From an uncultured Lachnospiraceae bacterium (GTDB lineage Bacteria > Bacillota > Clostridia > Lachnospirales > Lachnospiraceae), in NCBI GenBank assembly GCA_910577785.1, contig CAJTNT010000023.1, forward strand, positions 4,074-68,073: a stretch of DNA of 64,000 nt. The letters are read 5' to 3'. The notes beneath the pieces are model-generated. The model was not told the origin of the DNA, did no database searches, and saw only the letters and a program-made list of their open reading frames with translations. The position numbers and the translations under genes were made by a program. Of the stretch, positions 27,090-35,632 are shown piece by piece (within the stretch, counting starts at the first letter, position 1; each line of letters opens with the position of its first letter).

Positions 27090-28712
27090 ATGTTTAAGAT
27101 ATTTCTTGTAGACGACGAAAGCACCGTCAGGGAAAGCCTGCGTGACAATATTATGTGGCATCAGTATGGGTTCCAGTTGGTAGGGGAAGCCTCCGACGGG
27201 GAAATGGCGCTGCCGCTGATACGGAAGCTGGAGCCGGACTTGCTGGTGACAGACATTGCCATGCCCTTTATGGATGGGCTGGCGCTTTCGCGGATTGTAA
27301 AGCAGGAATTCCCCCATGTAAAAATTATCGTTATCAGCGGCCATGGAGATTTTGAGCATGCCAGGCAGGCCATTCAGATTGGCGTTGACCAGTTTCTGCT
27401 GAAGCCTGTGACCCGCCTGTCCATGCAGAAATCACTGCAGGAAATCCGCAGGAAACTGGAAGATGAGCAGGCAAAAGAGGACAGCCTGGAGAAATTGCGC
27501 GAAGACATGCAGGAATATGAGCAGTTCTCCAAACGGAATTTTTTTGAAAAGATGTTTGAAGGGCAGATGACGGTCCAGGAAATCTACGAAGAGGCGCAAA
27601 GATACGCCTTGGAGATCGATGCGCCCTGCTACAACCTGGCCATGGTGAGCCTGCGGGAGAGGCAGGGGCAGAATAAGGGCGTCTGGGATTCGAGGCTGCT
27701 GGCCGGCAAGCGCGAGGAACTGCTGCGGTATTTCCAGCGTTACCCGGAGTACCTGATTTTCCGCTGGAACATCCATATATACGGCATACTGATTAAGGGG
27801 GAGGAAGGGCAGATGGAGGAATTGAAGGCCAAGTGCCAGGAGGGCATTGTCCGCATCTGTTCCGCGTCCGGCGGGGAGCTGGAATGGTGCTGCGCCATGG
27901 GGGAGCCTGTCAGCCGCCTGAGCCTTCTGCCCCAGGTTTACGATAGGGTAAACCATATGATGTCCTACCGATTCCTGAAGCCGGAACAGCATATCTTGAC
28001 AATGGAGTCAGAAAACCTGGCGCCCAGGCGGGAGGGCGTGGCTACCCTTGGGGACGTGGTGATTTCCCAGACCAATCCGGAGATTATCCACAAATTTCTC
28101 CTGCGTGGGCAAGAAGGGGAGGTAGAGGATTTTGTAGATTCCTATCTGAAAAGCCAGGGACAGGCTCTGCGTTCGAGGATTTTCCGGGATTACCTGGTGC
28201 TGAGCATCCGCTTCACGGCCATTGCCTTTGTGGAAAACCTGGGCTACAGCGCGCAGGATCTGTTGGAAAATACTTATACGGAGAAGATGCAGGTCCTTAG
28301 CCTGAGCCTGGAAGAGATGAAGCCTTATATGCAGGAGCTGATGTACCGAGCCATTAAGCTGGGATGTAAGGCCATGGATAATCGGAGCAAGCGGATGATC
28401 CAAAAGGCCAGGGGCTATATTGAAGAAAATTATGCCCGCGCCAGTATTTCCCTTAATGAAGCCGCCCGTGCGGCAGAAGTCAGCCCCAACTATTTCAGCG
28501 CCACTTTCCGCCAGGAGATGGGCATGACCTTCACGGAATATGTGACCAAGAAGCGTATGGAAAAAGCCAAGCGCCTCCTGCGCCAGACAGAACGCAATGC
28601 GGGCGATATAGCGGCGGAGGTAGGGTTTAAGGATCCCCATTACTTTAGCTTCGTCTTTAAGAAGACCCAGGGATGCACGCCCAAGGAATACCGCAGCCGC
28701 CCGAAAGGCTAA
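27090..28712 (+). CDS. YesN-type response regulator (REC domain plus AraC-family HTH output), no cognate kinase adjacent
   Basis: I set the start at ATG 27090 (AAGGGAGG upstream). REC domain: KIFLVDDESTVRE, LLVTDIAMPFMDG, LLKP. C-terminal AraC HTH: ISLNEAARAAEVSPNYFSATFRQEMGMTFTEY, IAAEVGFKDPHYFSFVFKK. Confidence 0.88.
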   Translation: MFKIFLVDDESTVRESLRDNIMWHQYGFQLVGEASDGEMALPLIRKLEPDLLVTDIAMPFMDGLALSRIVKQEFPHVKIIVISGHGDFEHARQAIQIGVDQFLLKPVTRLSMQKSLQEIRRKLEDEQAKEDSLEKLREDMQEYEQFSKRNFFEKMFEGQMTVQEIYEEAQRYALEIDAPCYNLAMVSLRERQGQNKGVWDSRLLAGKREELLRYFQRYPEYLIFRWNIHIYGILIKGEEGQMEELKAKCQEGIVRICSASGGELEWCCAMGEPVSRLSLLPQVYDRVNHMMSYRFLKPEQHILTMESENLAPRREGVATLGDVVISQTNPEIIHKFLLRGQEGEVEDFVDSYLKSQGQALRSRIFRDYLVLSIRFTAIAFVENLGYSAQDLLENTYTEKMQVLSLSLEEMKPYMQELMYRAIKLGCKAMDNRSKRMIQKARGYIEENYARASISLNEAARAAEVSPNYFSATFRQEMGMTFTEYVTKKRMEKAKRLLRQTERNAGDIAAEVGFKDPHYFSFVFKKTQGCTPKEYRSRPKG

Positions 28713-28784
28713 ATCCTTGGTAAATGTTCGTGTTTTCAAGGCCAGAGGATGCGGTGGATGCCCCAAAGCCCAGGCGTTTGCCGT

Positions 28785-29879
28785 CTATTCCAAACGGGGC
28801 AGCACAGGATAAGGCGCATCGCTTCCTTTCTGGATAATCTGCCATGATAGCTCCTCAGAGAATACGGTTTCTCCCTGGATCATTCGGATGAGGGCGGAAG
28901 CTGCCATGAACCCGATTTCATGGCTCTTGTGGGACAGGGTAGTGATGCGGATGGAATCAAGGTCGCTCATGTAGCTGTTGTCAAAGGAAACCACGGAGAT
29001 ATCTTCCGGGATCCGTATGCCTGCGTAGTGCAGCTCTTTGATCAGCCAATAGGCAATCTCATCGTCCTGGCAGATGACGGCAGAATACATATCCTTGTTC
29101 CTGCGTAGGAAATCCGTCAAAAATCCCGTATCAGACCTGGTTTCCAGCGCTTCCAGCATGGCAGAGGTATACCAGGACACCAATTCGTCGGCGGCTGGGA
29201 TGCCAAAATCCCGCAAGGCCGCCACATAGCCGCCATAGCGGTCGATCCCGCGGATATCGTCAATGCGGAAGATCCCCGCAATGTGGGTGTGCCCCTGCTG
29301 TGCCAGATGCCTGGCCAGAAGGTAGCCTCCGTAATAATTATCATCCTTGATGTAGATTGCGGATGTTAAGGCAGGGTAATTCCCGCCCAGAAACAGAATA
29401 GACACGCCCTGGGCTGCCAGCTGTTCATAAAGGTCGAGGTTGGGGTTTGGCAGGGCGCTTTTTGTCCCTTCCACAATCAGCCCGCGGATGGGGGAGGCAT
29501 TCAGTTCCTCTAGGATCTGGCGTTCCTGCGCAATCCTTGCATAAGTGGAATAAGTATTTGTGGAATAGCCTTTTTTGCGCAGGAAAGACTTAATGTCTGC
29601 CAGGATGGCAGGCATGGTATATTCCTCGGCGTGATTCACCACAAGCGCCACGCTGTTCTGCCTGCCGCCTAGGCCGGTGGAAAAAGAGCCGCTGCCTTGG
29701 CGTTTCTCAATCAGCCCTTCCTCTTCCAGAAGCCGCAGGGCCGTGCGTACCGTCTGGCGGCTCACATGATATCGTTCACACAGTATGCTTTCTGAGGGCA
29801 GTTTGTAAACGCCATTTCCCGTATTCTTCAGAAGCAGTTCTTTGAGGATATTGGCAAGCCATATATATTTTACCGGCAT
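28785..29879 (-). CDS. AraR-like transcriptional regulator (GntR HTH fused to LacI/PBP1-type sugar-binding domain)
   Basis: I set the start at ATG 29879 (AAAGGAGG upstream), giving 364 aa. HTH: KLPSESILCERYHVSRQTVRTALRLLEEEGLIEKRQGSGSF. This is followed by a periplasmic-binding-protein type 1 fold (VALVVNH, LIVEGTKSA, ILFLGGNYP, AVICQDDEIA, SVVSFDNS). Confidence 0.82.
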   Translation of the reverse strand: MPVKYIWLANILKELLLKNTGNGVYKLPSESILCERYHVSRQTVRTALRLLEEEGLIEKRQGSGSFSTGLGGRQNSVALVVNHAEEYTMPAILADIKSFLRKKGYSTNTYSTYARIAQERQILEELNASPIRGLIVEGTKSALPNPNLDLYEQLAAQGVSILFLGGNYPALTSAIYIKDDNYYGGYLLARHLAQQGHTHIAGIFRIDDIRGIDRYGGYVAALRDFGIPAADELVSWYTSAMLEALETRSDTGFLTDFLRRNKDMYSAVICQDDEIAYWLIKELHYAGIRIPEDISVVSFDNSYMSDLDSIRITTLSHKSHEIGFMAASALIRMIQGETVFSEELSWQIIQKGSDAPYPVLPRLE

Positions 29880-30300
29880 CTGGAAACCTCCTTTGTCTGA
29901 AATGATTTTTTCGTTTATCGTTCCCTTAACATGCTCTAGTATATCATTTTTCCGTGCAAGTGTCACGGTGTCAGCCAGATAATCGTAAAAAAATTACAAA
30001 AAATAAAGGGACATGTAGTTTTTTGAATCATAATGTTAAATTTATTTACATAAAATAATGAACAAGTATAAGGATAAAACATATAAAAGTTTAGCAAGAT
30101 AGAAAAAGTGACAAAAAAAATAGGAAATAGAAGGATAAAATTTAGGATATATTTTCGAGATTTTTACTAAAATCGTAAAAAAGTATAAATTTAGAATAAA
30201 ATAATATAAAAAATAATGAGACTTGTATTTTTTTAAGACAAATATAAGAAAACTTATATTGGATATTGCGACAAACATAATTATGTAAGGGAAATTCTTA

Positions 30301-30329
30301 TTGACGAATAGGGAATAAAAAACTAAAAT
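30301..30329 (+). promoter_or_regulatory. SigA-type promoter of the sugar ABC operon
   Basis: TTGACG (30301-30306), 17-nt spacer, TAAAAT (30324-30329). It lies at the end of a ~350-bp extremely AT-rich tract. Confidence 0.55.
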
Positions 30330-30340
30330 AGGAGATACAA

Positions 30341-30356
30341 ACGGCAATTGTGCCGT
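30341..30356. promoter_or_regulatory. perfect 16-bp palindrome, candidate operator between the -10 box and the RBS
   Basis: ACGGCAATTGTGCCGT sits 12 nt downstream of the -10 box and 8 nt upstream of the GGGAGG RBS. The divergently encoded AraR-like regulator is the obvious candidate binder. Confidence 0.4.
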
Positions 30357-30380
30357 AATTTAGAAAGGGAGGACATTTTA

Positions 30381-31499
30381 ATGTTAAGAAAGAAGTTAGC
30401 AGCATTTCTTGCAGTAGCAGTAGTAGCAGTAGGAGTAGTAGGTTGTGGCGGTGGAAATGAGCCGGCATCCACCAATGGTAACGCAAATACAGAAACACCG
30501 GAAGAGACACCTGATACGCCAGAAGAGACTCCGGAAGAGACACCTGATACGCCAGAAGAGACTCCGGAAGAGACACCTGATACGCCAGAAGAGAGTGGCG
30601 ATGCAGCGCCAAGCGGCGGAACCATCAAAGTCGGCGTTATCAACAATGACCCGAACGAGTCTGGATACCGTACAGCCAACGACAGGGATATGAAGGAAAT
30701 GTTCACAGAAGCAAACGGATACGAAGCATCCTTCGCTTACAGCCTGAAGAATGACGAGCAGATTACAGCAGCTCAGACAATGATCCAGAACGGCGTTGAT
30801 TACCTGCTTCTTTCCGCAGCTGATACCGCTGGCTGGGATTCCGTACTTCAGGATGCGAATGACCAGGGAATTAGGGTAATTCTGTTTGACCGTGTTGTTG
30901 ATGCAGATGAGAACCTTTATGAGGCAGCTATCATTTCCGATATGCCGGCAGAAGGACAGAGGGCAGTTGACTGGTTAGCAGGCCAGAATCTTGACGAATA
31001 CAACATCATCCATATCCAGGGCGTTATGGGTTCCTCACCACAGCAGGGACGTTCCGGCGCATTGGATGAGAAGGTTGCAGCAGAAGACAATTGGAACATC
31101 GTAGCACAGCAGACAGCTGAGTGGAATGCAGAGAAGGCACAGCAGATTGTTCAGTCCGTAATCGACAGCGGTGAGAAGTTCAATGTAATCTATGCAGAGA
31201 ACGATGATATGGCTAAGGGTGCAGTTGCAGCTCTTGATGCAGCAAATATTTCCCACGGCGTTGACGGCGATGTAGTTATTATGGGTTTTGACTGCAATAC
31301 ATGGGCTCTGGAAGAAGTTCTGGCAGGAAACTGGAACTATGACGGACAGTGCAACCCATACCAGGCAAAATACATCGCTGAAGTTATTAAGACACTGGAA
31401 AGTGGCGGAACGGTTGAAGAGAAGACCATCTATCTGGAAGAGAAGGGCTTTGAGGCTGGGACAATTACACAGGCTGACATTGACGAGAATGGAATCTAA
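30381..31499 (+). CDS. sugar ABC transporter substrate-binding lipoprotein (PBP1, YtfQ-like)
   Basis: I set the start at ATG 30381 (GGGAGG upstream). The lipobox is VAVGVVGC. A Thr/Pro/Glu linker contains 3 copies of an 11-aa repeat. The PBP1 body has IKVGVINND, DYLLLSAADT, GIRVILFDR, IMGFD. Confidence 0.88.
   Translation: MLRKKLAAFLAVAVVAVGVVGCGGGNEPASTNGNANTETPEETPDTPEETPEETPDTPEETPEETPDTPEESGDAAPSGGTIKVGVINNDPNESGYRTANDRDMKEMFTEANGYEASFAYSLKNDEQITAAQTMIQNGVDYLLLSAADTAGWDSVLQDANDQGIRVILFDRVVDADENLYEAAIISDMPAEGQRAVDWLAGQNLDEYNIIHIQGVMGSSPQQGRSGALDEKVAAEDNWNIVAQQTAEWNAEKAQQIVQSVIDSGEKFNVIYAENDDMAKGAVAALDAANISHGVDGDVVIMGFDCNTWALEEVLAGNWNYDGQCNPYQAKYIAEVIKTLESGGTVEEKTIYLEEKGFEAGTITQADIDENGI
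30498..30596 (+). repeat. 3x 33-nt in-frame tandem repeat encoding the PEETPDTPEET linker
   Basis: CCGGAAGAGACACCTGATACGCCAGAAGAGACT is repeated at 30498, 30531 and 30564; the last copy ends ...GAGAGT. Confidence 0.9.
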
Positions 31500-31553
31500 T
31501 TTTAGATAGCAGTTTTTGAAATATAAGTATGATTTGCGAATTTTAAAAAGCGC

Positions 31554-31600
31554 GGCGCGGTGAAGCATAGAACTTAGAGGCTGCACCGCGCCTTGTTTTT
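31554..31600 (+). terminator. intra-operon hairpin/terminator between the binding-protein and ATPase genes
   Basis: GGCGCGGTG (31554-31562) pairs with CACCGCGCC (31584-31592), followed by TTGTTTTTT. This is the usual arrangement for over-expressing the binding protein relative to the membrane components. Confidence 0.65.
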
Positions 31601-31619
31601 TGAAATAATATTTTAGGAG

Positions 31620-33146
31620 GTGAACTCAAGGGTGAAAGACAATGCTGTATTAGAGATGAGGAACATCCACAAGAGCTTCCCTGGAGTGAAGGCCTTGCAG
31701 GGGGTAGATTTTACACTGCGCAAAGGTGAAGTCCATGCGTTGATGGGTGAGAACGGTGCGGGAAAATCGACTTTGATCAAGGTTTTGACAGGGGTTTATG
31801 GGAAGGACGAAGGCGATATCTTCCTGGACGGCCATCAGGGGCCGATTGCGATCCATTCGCCGCAGGATGCACAGAACGTGGGGATAAGTACTGTGTATCA
31901 GGAAATCACGTTATGCCCAAACCTTTCAGTGGCTGAGAATATGTTCATTGGAAGGACGAAGGGGATGGGGCAGAACTGGAAGAAGATGAACAAGGATACG
32001 GAGAAGATCCTTCAGTCATTGGATATCCCGGCTACCGCCACCCAGCAGCTGGAGAGCTGTTCGATTGCTGTCCAGCAGATGATTGCCATTGCCCGTGCCG
32101 TGGACATGGACTGTAAGGTACTGGTGCTGGATGAGCCGACATCATCCCTGGATGAGCAGGAAGTTGCCAAGTTGTTTAAGCTGATGCGTGACCTGAGGAG
32201 CAGGGGCGTTGGTATCGTATTCGTTACCCATTTCCTCGATCAGGTATATGAGATCTGCGACAGGATTACCGTTATGCGCGATGGCCAGCTGGTGGGCGAG
32301 TTCCCAATCAAGGATCTGCCGCGCGTGAAGCTGGTGTCCAAGATGCTCGGCAAAGAGCTGGATGATATGGCCGACATCAAGGGTGATCAGAAGGAATATG
32401 AGAGGAAGGCAGGCGCAGTGCCTGTATTAGAGGCGGAAGGGCTTGTGAGCGATGCTGGCATCAAGCCGTTTGACTTCCATATTGACAAGGGAGAAGTCAA
32501 TGGATTTACCGGGCTGCTTGGCTCTGGCCGAAGCGAGTGTGTGCGTGCAATTTTCGGCGCTGACCGTGTGACTGGCGGGCATGTGAAGATGAACGGCAAG
32601 CCTGTGAAAATCAATAAGCCTCTGGACGCTATGAAGAATGGTATCGCATACCTTCCAGAAGACCGTAAGGTCGATGGTATTGTAGGAGACCTTTCCGTCC
32701 GTGACAACATTATACTTGCGCAGCAGGTTTTGAAAGGCTTCTTCAAACCCTTCTCGAAAGCTGAGTGCTATAAGATTGCTGACGAGTACATAAAGCTGCT
32801 GAGCATCAAGACGGCTTCCGCAGATACGCCGATTAAGTCGCTTTCCGGCGGGAATCAGCAGAAGGTTATCTTGGCGCGCTGGCTGTTTACCCATCCGGAG
32901 TACCTTATTTTGGATGAGCCGACCCGTGGTATTGACATTGGTACCAAGATTGATATTCAGAAATTAGTGCTTAAGCTGGCTTCCGAAGGTATGAGCGTTA
33001 CCTTTATCTCTTCTGAAATGGATGAGATGCTGCGTACCTGCTCCCGCTTAGTGGTTATGCGTGACCGCAAAATGGTAGGCGAGCTGTCCGGCCAGGATCT
33101 GAATCAGAATAAGGTTATGAGTACGATTGCCGGAGGTGATAAATAA
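31620..33146 (+). CDS. sugar ABC transporter ATP-binding protein with duplicated ABC domains (YtfR/RbsA-like)
   Basis: 508 aa. Walker A GENGAGKST, signature-like LSIAVQQMIAIARA, Walker B VLVLDEPTS. The second half has LSGGNQQKV and ILDEPTRGID. The start is ambiguous: the GTG at 31620 abuts the AGGAGG, and the GTG at 31632 is better spaced. Confidence 0.9.
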   Translation: MNSRVKDNAVLEMRNIHKSFPGVKALQGVDFTLRKGEVHALMGENGAGKSTLIKVLTGVYGKDEGDIFLDGHQGPIAIHSPQDAQNVGISTVYQEITLCPNLSVAENMFIGRTKGMGQNWKKMNKDTEKILQSLDIPATATQQLESCSIAVQQMIAIARAVDMDCKVLVLDEPTSSLDEQEVAKLFKLMRDLRSRGVGIVFVTHFLDQVYEICDRITVMRDGQLVGEFPIKDLPRVKLVSKMLGKELDDMADIKGDQKEYERKAGAVPVLEAEGLVSDAGIKPFDFHIDKGEVNGFTGLLGSGRSECVRAIFGADRVTGGHVKMNGKPVKINKPLDAMKNGIAYLPEDRKVDGIVGDLSVRDNIILAQQVLKGFFKPFSKAECYKIADEYIKLLSIKTASADTPIKSLSGGNQQKVILARWLFTHPEYLILDEPTRGIDIGTKIDIQKLVLKLASEGMSVTFISSEMDEMLRTCSRLVVMRDRKMVGELSGQDLNQNKVMSTIAGGDK

Positions 33147-34225
33147 TGACGATTGAAGCGAACAAAAAAGACAATCCTTTGATGAAGCTGGTGAGGAACC
33201 AGATGTTCATTCCCCTTCTTGCGCTGTTCATTCTTGCGCTTTTCAACTTGATTGCCGATCCCGGGTTTTTCGCCATTACGCTGAAAGAGAACAGCGCAGG
33301 GAATCCGGTTCTGTCGGGCTATTTGATTACCATCTTAGATTATGGCTCTGAGCTTGCCATCCTGGCAATCGGCATGACGCTGGTAACGGCAGCTTCCGGC
33401 GGGCAGGATATCAGCGTGGGCGCAGCCGTTGCGATCAGTGGTAGCGTGCTGCTCCGTGTGCTCTGCGGCAGCAATACCCGTCCGGAGACGCTGCAGGCTC
33501 CGATTATTGTCGCTTTCCTGATAAGCTGCGTGGTAGCGGCGCTGTTTGGCGCATTTAACGGTGTGCTGGTGGCTTACTTCAAGATACAGCCGATGATTGC
33601 GACTTTGATCCTGTATACGGCAGGGCGTTCCATTGCTGCATGGATCAACAACAATGAGCTTCCGGTTGTAAGCGATGAGACACTTACATATTTTGGCGGC
33701 TATATTCCAGGGGTTCCGATCCCAACGCCATTCTTTATCGCAGTAATCTGCCTTGTGATTATCACATTAGTGCTGAAATTTACAAACCTCAGGTTATATA
33801 CCCAGTCTGTTGGTATTAACCAGAGTTCCTCCAGGCTGAACGGCCTGAACCCAGAGATGATCAAGGTTATTACCTTCGTGATCCTCGGCCTGTGCGTGGC
33901 AGTGGTTGGATTAATTAAGGTCAGCCGCGTATCTACGATTAACTACTCCGTTATTGCCAAGGATATTGAAATGGACGCCATCCTGGCAGTTGCTCTGGGC
34001 GGCAACGCACTGAGCGGCGGTAAGTTCAACATGGCGTCTTCCATCTTAGGCGCTTATGTTATCCAGTTCCTTACCCAGACCTTGTACAAATTCAAGGTGC
34101 AGTCTGATGCGCTTCCGGCATACAAGGCGATTGTCGTTATCGTGCTGGTTGTAATCAGCGCTCCGACTGTAAAGGATTGGTTCTCAAGCGTGACGAAGAA
34201 ATTTAAGACTAAGGAGGTGGCATAG
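33146..34225 (+). CDS. sugar ABC transporter permease (YtfT-like, BPD_transp_2 type)
   Basis: 359 aa and multi-TM. The ATGA overlap with the ATPase stop suggests coupling. Motifs typical of ribose/galactofuranose-type permeases: GGQDISVGA, QPMIATL. Confidence 0.88.
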   Translation: MTIEANKKDNPLMKLVRNQMFIPLLALFILALFNLIADPGFFAITLKENSAGNPVLSGYLITILDYGSELAILAIGMTLVTAASGGQDISVGAAVAISGSVLLRVLCGSNTRPETLQAPIIVAFLISCVVAALFGAFNGVLVAYFKIQPMIATLILYTAGRSIAAWINNNELPVVSDETLTYFGGYIPGVPIPTPFFIAVICLVIITLVLKFTNLRLYTQSVGINQSSSRLNGLNPEMIKVITFVILGLCVAVVGLIKVSRVSTINYSVIAKDIEMDAILAVALGGNALSGGKFNMASSILGAYVIQFLTQTLYKFKVQSDALPAYKAIVVIVLVVISAPTVKDWFSSVTKKFKTKEVA

Positions 34226-34226
34226 T

Positions 34227-35270
34227 ATGAATAAGAAAACATCCGGTGGTTTTGGAGATAAGATTAAAAACCTTACCGATACGAACCTACTCCTTTCCAT
34301 TACGATTATTGTATTTTTCCTGATGTATATTGGCGCGATTATCTTCCAGGGGCAAGGCTTCCGTAACCCGCAGGCTTTCCTTAACCTGCTGAATGCAAAT
34401 GCGGCGCTGATTATCCTATCCTGCGGCCTGAGCCTGGTAATGATTACCGGCGGGATTGATATCTCTGTCGGCGGCGTGACAGCGTTGGTTAGTATGTGCT
34501 GTGCCGTATATCTGGATTTTAAAGGCGGCAATGTGTTTGTGTCCGTATTGATTGCCCTGGCAATCGGCCTTTTGTTTGGCGCATTCCAGGGATTCCTGGT
34601 AGCTTACCTGGATATCCAGCCGTTTATTATTACCCTGGCGGGTATGTTCTTTGCCCGTGGTATGACGACCATCGTTAACACGAAGCCGTTTAACGTAGCG
34701 AATGAGGCGTTTAAGGCGCTGAAGAATACCCGTGTGGTTGTGCCTGGGCTTGGAACTACAAACCGCCGCGGCATTTATGTAGACGCTTATGTGGAGATTG
34801 GCGTAATTGTTGCCATCCTTGTGGTTATCGTAATGTTCTGCATGCTCCGCTGGACGAAGTTGGGCCGTAACTTCTATGCAGTGGGCGGAAACCGCCAGAG
34901 TGCATTGATGCTCGGTATCAACGTAAAAAGGACACGTTTCCTTTCCCATCTGTTCTGCGGGCTTCTGGCAGGCATTGGCGGCTTTGTTTACTTCCTGCAC
35001 GTAGGCTCTGGTTCTGCATCCCATGCGACTGGCGCAGAAATGGACGCGATTGCATCATCCATCATCGGCGGTACGATGCTGACGGGCGGTGTTGGTAATA
35101 TTGCAGGTACCTTCTTCGGTGTGCTTTCCTTGGGCACGATCCAGAACATCGTATCCACGGCAGGACTTGACCAGGCATGGTGGACAGGAATTACAAGGGC
35201 ATTGATGCTCTGCCTGTTCCTGGTAATCCAGAGCGTGGTTATGGCGCGTAAGAAGAAAGCCAAAGCATAA
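34227..35270 (+). CDS. sugar ABC transporter permease (YjfF-like, second permease)
   Basis: 347 aa and multi-TM, with GGIDISVGG and QPFIITLAGMF. It starts 1 nt after the preceding stop. Confidence 0.88.
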   Translation: MNKKTSGGFGDKIKNLTDTNLLLSITIIVFFLMYIGAIIFQGQGFRNPQAFLNLLNANAALIILSCGLSLVMITGGIDISVGGVTALVSMCCAVYLDFKGGNVFVSVLIALAIGLLFGAFQGFLVAYLDIQPFIITLAGMFFARGMTTIVNTKPFNVANEAFKALKNTRVVVPGLGTTNRRGIYVDAYVEIGVIVAILVVIVMFCMLRWTKLGRNFYAVGGNRQSALMLGINVKRTRFLSHLFCGLLAGIGGFVYFLHVGSGSASHATGAEMDAIASSIIGGTMLTGGVGNIAGTFFGVLSLGTIQNIVSTAGLDQAWWTGITRALMLCLFLVIQSVVMARKKKAKA

Positions 35271-35363
35271 ACAGGCCAAAAAGGCTGACCCAAGAAGAAA
35301 GTTTAGAAAAGCTTAAAAGAAGCATGGTATAAGCGTTAGATGATGGCTTATGCAGCGGTGTAT

Positions 35364-35399
35364 AAGGCCGCGGGGAATGTTTTTGTTCCCTGCGGCCTT
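35364..35399 (+). terminator. rho-independent terminator after the ABC operon
   Basis: AAGGCCGCGGGGA-ATGTTTTTGT-TCCCTGCGGCCTT forms a ~13-bp stem, followed by TGCTTTG. Confidence 0.65.
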
Positions 35400-35632
35400 T
35401 GCTTTGCGATTGCTTTGCGATTGTTGTGAGAGTACGATCTGTGATCGAAAGAAACGATTTGCAAAGCAACGGACGCTGCTTCGGGTATATTTTTAAAATA
35501 GTTTCTCCATTTTTTGTTGATTTTTCACGAAAGATCTAGTACAATTATTGAGTAGAATCGTGCAAAATAGCAAGAAAGCAAGTAATTAATCCAGCTATTT
35601 TACGCAAAATATTATAAAGGAGGGCTTTTATT

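Noticed and set aside
30042-30347. 101-aa minus-strand ORF (Phe/Ile/Leu/Tyr/Lys-rich) in the AT-rich control region.
   Set aside because: It is a composition artefact of an almost pure A/T tract. It has no RBS and overlaps the predicted promoter of the ABC operon.
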